A DNA stretch of 63,017 bases, filler included, from Octopus bimaculoides (lineage: Eukaryota): NCBI RefSeq assembly GCF_001194135.2. It is 5 parts of 4 records of this genome, joined end to end, with 100 filler letters (N's around TTAATTAATTAA, not from the genome) between each part and the next. Parts side by side here need not be neighbours in the genome. Positions count along the whole stretch, not along the records: positions 48,964 to 52,789 come from NC_068996.1; positions 52,890 to 63,017 come from NC_068981.1; 3 more parts are not named here. One strand, given 5' to 3'. The notes under the pieces are model-generated. The model made no database searches. It was not told the origin of the DNA and saw only the letters and a list, made by a program, of their open reading frames with translations. Made by a program: the position numbers and the translations under genes. Of the stretch, positions 52,282 through 63,017 are shown one piece after another; the stretch's first letter is position 1; the number at the start of each line of letters is the position of its first letter.

Positions 52282-52302
52282 CTTCCTCAAAATTTGCTAC
52301 TC
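52282..52302 (-). CDS. Candidate 21-nt micro-exon ((G)VANFEE), phase 1/1
   Basis: Acceptor tttatttctaacAG and consensus donor AG|GTAAGT; only the phase-1 frame is stop-free. Confidence 0.5.
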
Positions 52303-53196
52303 CTGTTAGAAATAAAACCATTATTATTTAATGTATATTTATCATTGAGTACCAACAAGAGAACAGAACCAATAATAAACACAATATTCCTTTCAAAAAG
52401 ATATTCTTTCACTTGTTTCAGTCAGCTGACTGCAGCCATACTGGGGCACTGCCTTGAGGGATTTTATTCAAAGAAATTGACCACAAGACTTATTTTTTAA
52501 GCCAGTATTTATTCTATCGGACTCTTTGGCTGAGCCGGTAAATTATGGTTGTCAAGTAGTGATGGCAGGTGGGTGGGGGGCAGATATCGACACACATATG
52601 CATATATATATATATATACTCTTTTACTTGTTTCAGTCATTTGACTGTGGCCATGCTGGAGCACCACCTTTAGTCGAGCAAATCGACCCCAGGACTTATT
52701 CTTTGTAAGCCTAGTACTTATTCTATCGGTCTCTTTTGCCAGCATTGGTTGTCAAGTGATGTTGGGGGACAAACACACACATACATATANNNNNNNNNNN
52801 NNNNNNNNNNNNNNNNNNNNNNNNNNNNNNNNNTTAATTAATTAANNNNNNNNNNNNNNNNNNNNNNNNNNNNNNNNNNNNNNNNNNNNATATATATATA
52901 TATATAGTTGCACAAGGTCACTTAACATACATGCATGAATATATTATTGGTTTAGACAATAAGGAAATCAACGCCGTAGGCTATTTATATATGTAATGTA
53001 AAACTACAGTTGTTTGCAACTCAAGGATACTATTTCGTGTTTTTTTGTTTGTTTTTTTTGGAGAGCAATTGCACGCGCGCTTGTATATGTATGAATGTAT
53101 ATGTATGTGTACATGTGCATATATATGTATGTGTAATACATATATATGTATGTGTAATACATATATTTACAATACATATTTATAAACATACATATC

Positions 53197-54426
53197 ATGG
53201 GTTGGCAACTAAGTTCCCACCGTTCTTTTAAATTTTGGAATCTCTTTTTTTAGAGAATTCTATTTTTGAATCATTTTGGAATCTATTTTGATTTTTTTTT
53301 TCTAGTAAATTTTAGATCATTAAAATGGAATGTCAAGTTAAGAAAAACGAGCATTTTCGACACCTCCTTGTTTTTGCTTTTAATCAAGGTTCTAAGGCCG
53401 CAAAAACTGCTCGCAACATTTCTGCTGTGTATGGAGAGGATGCCATAGCTGAAAGAGCCGCTCGTGATTGGCATGCCGAGTTCCAAAGTGGATATTTTGA
53501 CCTCAAAGACGCACCTCATTTTGGCCATCCAGCTGAGTTCGATGAAGAGCGATTAAACCAACTTTTGCACGAAAATTCTCGTCAAACGACAAGGGAACTG
53601 ATAGAGAAAATGGAATGCTCCCACACTACTATAGAAAAGCATCTTCACTCAATGGGAAAGGTTCATAAGTATGGAGCATCGGTTCCGCATGCTTTAAGTG
53701 ACAACAACAAAAATCAACGAGCCAAAGTCTCCACTGGTTTGCTTGCTCGTCACCGCTCAGCTCATGGACACAAGCAACAATTTCTTTACCGAATCGTTAC
53801 TGGCGACGGAGAATGGTACCTGTAACATCAATATTAAGCCCCGGTAAACAAGCGACACCGCGCGTGAAACAAGATCTTCATCCACGTAAAACGTTGTGCG
53901 TATGGTGGGACTGGGAAGGAATTATCCATTACGAATTGCTTGAACGGAACCAAACGGTCAACGCGGAACTCTTTGTTCAACAGATGAAATGACTCAACAC
54001 GGCTATTCAAGAGAAAAGACCTAATCGGCAGCATGGAGTTCTTCTGCTGCACGACAGCGGCCGCATTCATACCGCCAATATGATCAAGGAAGCCATTGAA
54101 ACGCATGAGTGGGAAGTGCTGCCACACCCGCCGTACTCTCTTGATTTGGCACCAACGGATTTCCACCTCTTTCGATCTCTTTCAAATGCTATGCGCGGAG
54201 TTTCGTTCAATACTGATGCAGAATTGAGAGCTTGGTTGGATCAATTTTTCGTGTCGAAATCGGGTGATTTCTACCAACGAGGTATAGAAAATCTTGTTGA
54301 ACGTTGGGAAGAAGTTGTAAACAATAAGGGTGAATACATTATTGATTAATTAGTTGCTATTTGTTATTAAACCTTTAAAAAAATTTTATTGAAAAAAAAA
54401 CGGCGGGAACTTTGTTGCCAACCCAA
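53197..54426 (+). mobile_element. Near-full-length mariner (DD34D) element, inactivated
   Basis: TIRs (A)TGGGTTGGCAACTAAGTTCCC and GGGAACTTTGTTGCCAACCCAA followed by TA. Transposase 53325-54349 with SVPHAL, VTGD, LLHD and YSLDLAPTD motifs; frameshift and deletion near 53823, and an in-frame TGA. Confidence 0.95.
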
Positions 54427-54757
54427 TAAATACAATATACATACATACATTGTATTATATTATGTTAACATATTGTCTATTTTCTATTGACATGTTAAGC
54501 ACTCTACGTACAGAATATACTGAAATATCTGGTATGAAAGTAAAATTGTATTGCAGTTTTTTCAAATTTTTACATATTTCTGCGGATTTTCTTTTATAAA
54601 GTGGACTGAATGATCTGATGGAATGCATTGTCATTAAAATCTTGTCGCATTCAAGTGAATGTTTATTTAATCGGAATCTTCTAACATCTGAGGAACCAGT
54701 TATTGATATATAATATAATATAATATAACATTTCTCTGTCCTCTTTCTCTCTGTATG

Positions 54758-54803
<46 letters not shown>

Positions 54804-56448
54804 CATACAGAGAGAAAGAGGACAGAGAAATGTTATATTATATTATATATCAATATATATATATATATAAATCTGATCGATCCCAGTACATATTTTTAAA
54901 GCTTGGTATTTGGCTTATCAACTTCATGCACCGAACCACTTAGTACGGAGACGTAAACAAACCAACCGGTTATCAAGCAATATGGGAGAAAAATAGAGGC
55001 ACAAATCAGCCAAACGCACGCCCATATATATAAAGAATTATATAGTAGAAGACCATTTTTATTGTATGATGTTTGCATATTATTTCTTTATTGCCCACAG
55101 GGGGCTAAGCATAGAGGGGACAAACAGAGGGATTAAGTCGATTACATCGACCTCAGTGTGTAACTGGTACTTATTTAATCGACCCCGAAAGGATGAAAGG
55201 CAAAGTCGACCTCGGTGGAATTTGAACTCAGAACGTAACGACAGATGAAACACCGCTAAGCATTTCGCTCGGCGTGCTAACGTTTCTGCCAGCTCATCGC
55301 CTTTGGTGTTTGCATATTGTATGATATTATTATCGTTTTGCGTTGGATATTTGGCTCCGCGGATCGGAATCAAACAGCGAAATTGGATTGCAAATGGTTC
55401 ATTGATATTACATCACTTGTCTGAAGAGATATATAAATGTTCATGTGGATACAGTAATTCATACCTATAAACGAGGGTGGATATATAAATATATTTATGA
55501 ACCGATATATCTGTAGGAAGGCGACGAGCTGGTAGAAACGTTAGCGTACCGTGCGAAATGCTTAGTGGTATTTCGTCTGTCTTTACGTTGTAAGTTCAAA
55601 TTCCGCCGAGGGCGAGTTGGCCTTTCATCCTTTCGGGTCGATAAATTAAGTACCGGTTGTTTACTGGGGTCGATCTAATCGACTGGCACCATCCCCCAAA
55701 ATTTCGGGCCTTGTGCCTAAAGTAGCACGTCGAGCAAAATGGTTAGCGGCCTCTTTACGTTTTGAGTTCAAATTCCGTCGAGGTCGACATTGCTTTTTAT
55801 CTCTTTAGGCTCGATAAAATAAATATCGGTCTATGTGATCGATCTTTCTCCTTCCCGAAATTTACTGGCCTAGTGCCAAAATTTGAAACTAGTATATCTG
55901 TTTAGGTGCATGATTGTATTTGATTGTACGTTGAACATTATAGATGGCTGGTTTTGCTGTGTTTTTCGTACAGAAGTTAGTTACTTATTTGTTTTGTTGC
56001 ATCGGTGCTAATAACAAGATAACCAGCTTTGTTCATCGAGCAAATGAAATAGAAATTAGAGAACAGTACGCTAAGACTCAAATAACAAATATTACATAAA
56101 TCTATACTATTTTACTGAAACGTCATTACGGCCGCTGACTACGTGTTAGGGATATTGTTTATTGATTTCAAGTAAATTTGTCCTCGGAAAGTAGTATTAT
56201 TGATTCAATCGTCAACTTATTGTACTGATCCTACACATTCCTGGTGCACATCTCATCAACTGTAGAAGTTGGACCCATAATGTAATAGAGAAACTTCACA
56301 GTTTATGACGCTCTTCCTTTTTTTATGAACATTTAATATTGATTTCTTTTATTGATTCAAGGCCATCAATTTTGGTGGGATGATTAAATCAGCACTTATA
56401 CTAGACTGCTAACGCTGGTACTTTGTTTCGTATGCATATGCAAGCTTT

Positions 56449-56497
<49 letters not shown>

Positions 56498-56504
<7 letters not shown>

Positions 56505-56659
56505 TGGATGTGTTTCACTCCACAAGCATTACGCACGCTACTAATAGTTTCAAGTACATGGCAAGTACCTTCATCGGGCGCCCGATGAACGTACTTGTCA
56601 TGTACTTGAAACTATTAGTAGCGCGTGTAATGCATGTCGAGCGAAACAGACATTAATAT
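56498..56659. repeat. ~160-bp near-perfect loopless palindrome centred on GGGC|GCCC (56579/56580)
   Basis: The 54-bp inner arms 56526-56579 and 56580-56633 differ at 4 positions; outer arms are more degenerate. Confidence 0.95.
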
Positions 56660-59053
56660 TGGATTCTCATTAGATGGAGTACTCTTCTTGTTGATCATGA
56701 CCTTTTTACGCGGATCAATTTGCTATATATCAATTTGTTAGTTACATAACTAGATGCTCAAATAATCAGATCTCTGAACTTAATGTCATGTTCCATTTGT
56801 AGTGTCTGCACATTTCTCATTAGCTCTCGGCAGATGTCATCTTTTTATTTTTTCTTTGCAATCTTTAACATAATGCTAGCGTCTGTTGGACAATTCATCT
56901 TTCCTATTTATACACAGTTTCTTTTCTGAGTAGCAACGCATCATCTGGTGTGCTGCGCTACACAATTTACAGAAGTTTAAAAGCACATTCTATTACTTTT
57001 CTTTCATATTATGGGCAAGTGTGCCTACCGCACACTGCCACATTGCTGTAACTTCTTATATTTTAATCTTTAGCAGTATCATTTCTACGAATTATTATAT
57101 ACTATAAACACCAGTACAGAGAACGCATTGAGGTCTTGTAGTTTATTGTATGACGAGGAATACGAGGACTACTTTTTGACCTTAGTGTATTATACCTTGG
57201 TTTCGCATTCTTTGTCATAAGAACCACCAAAGGATACATTTTCGTCCACTCTCAAGCATCTGTAGCATTATTTGTCAATTTGCAAAGAAATAGCTAATTT
57301 ATAGCTAGATAAATTACTAGACATGGATTGTAGTTTCATCGTTTAATGATAGGTAAGAATATCTATCCTGACTTGAATGCATCCCTATACTCTTTGAATG
57401 CTGTATGCAGGTAAAGCTTCTTCTTTATATCATTCATATTGAAGAATTTATGGACAAGATGCTATTTTGTGTATTGCTAATTATTTGGTTGATTCGTTAG
57501 CACGCTGGACGAAATCCTTAGCGGTGTTTCGCCCATCGCTACGTTCTGAGTTCAAATTGCATTGAGGTAGAATTTGCCTTTCATCCTCTCGTGGTCAATA
57601 AATTTAGTACCTGTGAAACACTGAGGTTGATGTAATAGACAAGCCCCACCCCCCACAGTTCCAAGCCTTGTTCCAATAGTAGGATTATTATTGCAAAAGT
57701 AAGTACAGCCGTTGTTGGTTAAATCTTTTTCTTTTACTTACATGGAAAGGCAGGTATACAAATACATGAATGATATGATTGGTTGCATCATTTATTTGTG
57801 TACTTTCCATGTAAAAACACGTCTTACGCCTACTATTATTTATTTTCCTTTGCTGCTTCCATATATACTCTATGAAGATCATTCTTATAGATGACCTCCT
57901 ACATCGGAACTAGCCACTGGGGATAAAAGAACTGGAGTTTAAGTTTCGAGAGCACATCATGGTGACATCTTCGCTCTAGCATTCTTCAACTCTGTCTCTC
58001 ACACTCTCACACACACACACATCTATGCGTGCGTTTGCGTATGTGTATGCGTGTGTTATAAACATTGTTTTAAAGTAAAAAGTAAACAAGAAATAAATCA
58101 TGACAGAGAGTTTATCCAGATGCTACACGGGTTACATTTTTTTAATTTCCCGGAAACACTAATTGGTAAATCTACATAATCAGATTGTTGGAAATGGATA
58201 TTGACTGATATAATAATTAGTCCAACAGATGTATGATCCTTACTCAACACAGCAAAGCTAATGAAAGTTTTACACTAGTTGTTAGTCATTTATAAACCTT
58301 AAAAAAACTTTTATACGATATATCAGTCTTGTATAAAGGTTTTATAACGTCTTAAAACTAAAAATAATATCTTATATACAAACAGTTTATATGTTTTGCT
58401 AATATCATTGTAATTCTTCTCCCCCCTCTGTCTCTGACTGTCTGTTCCTCTTCCTGTTCTATTAATTCTGAATTTGATATTTCAAACGCAGATTGAGAGA
58501 TATATAATAATAAATATTTCTGTAATGCAGTGTTAGCACGAGAACGTTATAGGAGAATACGCTCGTGTCATATACATATATAGATTAATACATACTTACA
58601 TACCTACCGACATACATACATGAATACATATATATATATATATATACATATATATNNNNNNNNNNNNNNNNNNNNNNNNNNNNNNNNNNNNNNNNNNNNN
58701 NNNNNNNNNNNNNNNNNNNNNNNNNNNNNNNNNNNNNNNNNNNNNNNNNNNNNNNNNNNNNNNNNNNNNNNNNNNNNNNNNNNNNNNNNNNNNNNNNNNN
58801 NNNNNNNNNNNNNNNNNNNNNNNNNNNNNNNNNNNNNNNNNNNNNNNNNNNNNNNNNNNNNNNNNNNNNNNNNNNNNNNNNNNNNNNNNNNNNNNNNNNN
58901 NNNNNNNNNNNNNNNNNNNNNNNNNNNNNNNNNNNNNNNNNNNNNNNNNNNNNNNNNNNNNNNNNNNNNNNNNNTTGTTTATTTCTTTACTAAAAGGACA
59001 ATAATAACAATATTATCCCTCAGAGGGTTGGAATCACAACTCCTAACTTTCTT

Positions 59054-59093
<40 letters not shown>

Positions 59094-59796
59094 GACGGGC
59101 TTCTTTCAGTTTCCGTCTATCAAATCCACTCACAAGGGTTTGGCTGGCCCGAGGTTGTAGTAGAAGACACTATACCCAAAGTGTCACGCTGTGGGACTGA
59201 ACCCAGAAACCATGTGGCTGGTAAGCAAGCTTACTTACCACGCAACCCCTCCTGTGATGTTCTTGAAATTCCAATGAAGGTACCTTATATCTACCTTAGA
59301 AACCGGTTCTTTCTCTACCGGCAAGACATTTTGAAATAAAACCGAATTACCCATATACATATTGCATACATATTTACCTATTCATATGCATGTATATATG
59401 TATGTATACACACATGCACGCACGTGTGTGTCTACGTTTGAATTTACAAACCAGAAGAAAAGAAAACTTAGTGTATTCTTTTATTTGTTTTAGTCTTTGG
59501 ATTACGTCAATACTGAAAGAATGTCTCGAAGAGTTTTGTCGAAGAAATCGACCCCAGATTTTATTTTAAATCTGGTATTTATTCTATCGATTTTTAAAAT
59601 AATCGAAGCTGCTTATTTATCGGGACGTCGAACACCTGGTGACAAGTGGTAGAGAACAAGTAAAAAGAGATACACATTGGCGCAGTAGTGGCTGCGTGGT
59701 AAGTAGCTTCCTTACCAGTCACATGACTCCGGGTTCATTCCCACTGCGTGGCACCTTGGGCAAGTATCTTCTACTATAACCTCGGGCTGTAGTAGA

Positions 59797-59827
<31 letters not shown>

Positions 59828-60603
59828 NNNNNNNNNNNNNNNNNNNNNNNNNNNNNNNNNNNNNNNNNNNNNNNNNNNNNNNNNNNNNNNNNNNNNNNNN
59901 NNNNNNNNNNNNNNNNNNNNNNNNNNNNNNNNNNNNNNNNNNNNNNNNNNNNNNNNNNNNNNNNNNNNNNNNNNNNNNNNNNNNNNNNNNNNNNNNNNNN
60001 NNNNNNNNNNNNNNNNNNNNNNNNNNNNNNNNNNNNNNNNNNNNNNNNNNNNNNNNNNNNNNNNNNNNNNNNNNNNNNNNNNNNNNNNNNNNNNNNNNNN
60101 NNNNNNNNNNNNNNNNNNNNNNNNNNNNNNNNNNNNNNNNNNNNNNNNNNNNNNNNNNNNNNNNNNNNNNNNNNNNNNNNNNNNNNNNNNNNNNNNNNNN
60201 NNNNNNNNNNNNNNNNNNNNNNNNNNNNNNNNNNNNNNNNNNNNNNNNNNNNNNNNNNNNNNNNNNNNNNNNNNNNNNNNNNNNNNNNNNNNNNNNNNNN
60301 NNNNNNNNNNNNNNNNNNNNNNNNNNNNNNNNNNNNNNNNNNNNNNNNNNNNNNNNNNNNNNNNNNNNNNNNNNNNNNNNNNNNNNNNNNNNNNNNNNNN
60401 NNNNNNNNNNNNNNNNNNNNNNNNNNNNNNNNNNNNNNNNNNNNNNNNNNNNNNNNNNNNNNNNNNNNNNNNNNNTATATATATATATATATATATGCAT
60501 ATATACATACGTATATGTACATACCTACATCTATACGTATATATATTCGCCATGATAGATCGCTTACCACTACACACATTTTATCTCTGTTTGTTTCTCT
60601 CCC

Positions 60604-60647
60604 AGTTTCTTTCTGTGGAAGAGCGTAGGCTCGAAACGTTAAAGACT
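60604..60647 (+). ncRNA. Minimal hammerhead-ribozyme-like motif (variant core)
   Basis: Stem I AGT(TT)CTTT/AAAGACT; core CTGTGGA(A); stem II GAGC-GTAG-GCTC; GAAA; palindromic ACGT stem III; GUU site. Confidence 0.5.
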
Positions 60648-61738
60648 TTTTCAATTCCCGAGCGTTATACTAATACATCTGTTTGTTTTCTACACTACCT
60701 GTCTTCGTCTTTTGTGTTTTTTTTGTGAATTCTCCCTGTATATATGCATACGTTGGCACAGGACGCAATGAAACGTGTACAAAAAAAAAAAGGACGAAGC
60801 ACAAGTACATGGAACATGAACTATTCTTTCGAACAGTGAAAGATGCAAATGGTAAACAAAACAAACAAAATAAAGAACGACCCTTCATCAGTTGTTGGTT
60901 GTTTTTCTAGTCTTGTATTTCGAGCATTTAACAACAATATACACTTTCGATAAAACAGTTCCTCCCGCAAAGCAAATTAAATAAAATTTTTGATTTTTGC
61001 GGAGGGTCAAAATAGGTAACACAAACAAGACAGTGAAAACAAGCAGGTAGGGCTGCTAAGCCTAAACGAGGTTGTGGTGACGAACGCGTAAATCAAGCGT
61101 GGTCAGGAGACAAACAAGAACACGCCTTCCTTGTTCCAGTTACAACAGAGAGAAAGAAACACAACTGAGGAGAAGAAAGATGGCCGATGGTCATATGTGT
61201 GTGCATATATGTTTGTGTGTCTGTGTTTGTCCCCCTAACATCACTTGACAACCGATGCTACTGTGTTTACGTCCCTGTAACTTAGTGGTTTGGCAAAAGA
61301 GACCGATACAATAAGTACCAGGCTTACAAAAATAAGTCCTGGGGTCGATTAGCTCGACTAAAGGCGGTGCTCCAGCATGGCCACAGTCAAATGACTGAAA
61401 CAAGTAAAAGAATACAATCACATAAATATATACTATATGACGCATTTCCAATTCCATCCATGTAATTCATCGATAAGGCAACAGTCGGTCTGGGCTATAA
61501 CGGCTGAGTAGACTGGTGTAAATCGAAGTGTTTTGCGAGGGAATATGCGTAGCACCGGTCTGGGAAATCGAAACCACAGTCTTGCGATCGGGAGTAAAAT
61601 ATCCTATCTACTAGGCCACGCATCACACACAAATATACGCACACATAAATACACACTCATACAAACATACACGCATACGCACTCACACAAATACACATAT
61701 ATATATGCATACATACACAAACATGCATGTGTGTATGT

Positions 61739-61780
<42 letters not shown>

Positions 61781-63017
61781 TCAAACAGTTGTTTGTTGTA
61801 ATTTTAATGATCATCTCTATATTCAGATACACTGATGTCAGTTGGGTGATGTTTGTTGCCCAAAATGAGTAAATGCTACCAAAGTTATCTGGCAGCAGAC
61901 ATTTTCTTCTGCAAACAGAATTTATTCCGTTTGAGACTGAAGATTCTTCAAGAATAGCATAATTTCCTGTCTGTATTTGGATACCACAACTTGTAATCTT
62001 CCATTTTAGAATCCAAATACACACCACTCCGACAAGCAAAGATGGCACCACTTCGATCAGTTGACATAAAGAGTTGGAAATCTGACTGTACAAAAGCATA
62101 GTCAAATTAATGTGCAGCCAATGCCATACCAAAAATGATTATATACTTATTTTGTTTAACACTGCGTCGCCTGACCTAGCAAGCGCAGGTTAAAAGACAG
62201 TCCAACTGTGCCTGTCATATCTTTCTTCAGTCAATGTATATAAAACTGCATCAGCTAATCCTTTTTATCCCTGTTAAAATGGTTAGATGTGACTTGAGGG
62301 CAATCTGGTTCTAAATTCTAATAGGTTCACCCATTATTTAAAATCTCTCTCCGTTGTCTCGAGATGTAATGAACAGCATGTAATGTTATTGTACGTTATT
62401 GCCACTTTTTTTCTAAGACAAAAACAACCGCATTTTAAGAGAACGTAGAATAATTATATGAACAAAACACACAAAAATATACTTTCAAACATATTCCTGA
62501 GATTTCCCATTTCGAAAAATATTTTCTGATCAGGAAATATCTCCAAACAAATTACAAATACTATTAATCACTTAGTTCATAATGAGTTGTAGAATCGCTA
62601 TTGTTCTTTAGTTCACCAGAGACACCCAAAAATAGATAACAGTATTATTCCACGCGAATGTTGAAGACCATTCTATTAATGTCCATTCACCGGAAGTTAA
62701 TAATACAATGTTGGAAGACAATAGTTTAACTCTCCAAACTCTCTCTAAGAATACTTTATTAATATGTATCTTTTATCTTTTATTTGTTTCAATCATTAAA
62801 TAGCGGCCATGCTGGGGTATCGCCCCGAAGAATTTTTAGTCGAATGAATCAACACTAGTGCATTTTTAAAACTTGGTACTTATTCTATCGGTATCTTTTA
62901 CCGAACTGCTATGTTTACTGAGACGTAACCACACCAACGTCGGTTGTTAAGCGGTGTGGGGCACAAACAAAAACACAGACACGCGCGCACCCCCATATAT
63001 ATATATATATATATATA

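Noticed and set aside
61683-62132. 149-aa minus-strand ORF with a hydrophobic start
   Set aside because: No recognisable domain or convincing splice pair, and it runs into microsatellite.

Overview
AT-rich, repeat-dense, gapped animal genomic DNA. The SINE families and microsatellite load suggest an octopus genome (inference). Most six-frame ORFs are microsatellite, gap or repeat artefacts, and the real genes are spliced. Supported genes: (1) a + strand TRIM-type RING exon (1478-1922) whose apparent stop lies inside a GTAAGT donor and which is phase-compatible with a 104-nt Src-family-type SH2 exon (20006-20109), giving a candidate RING-SH2 E3 ligase, the most interesting item; (2) the terminal exon of an intact trypsin-like protease (25345-26049); (3) five in-frame exons of an outer-arm beta-type axonemal dynein heavy chain (34906-45663); (4) a candidate unidentified - strand gene with micro-exons (48187-52302), apparently inside a dynein intron. 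Mobile DNA includes mariner, maT-like and Tc1-like remnants, Gypsy integrase, a solo LTR with 5-bp TSD, RTE LINE pieces, three SINE families and several fold-back MITEs. A Penelope-like GIY-YIG remnant lies between inverted terminal repeats, and several degenerate minimal hammerhead-ribozyme motifs were found. All calls are by eye. Repeat boundaries are approximate, and exon joins are predictions without transcript data.
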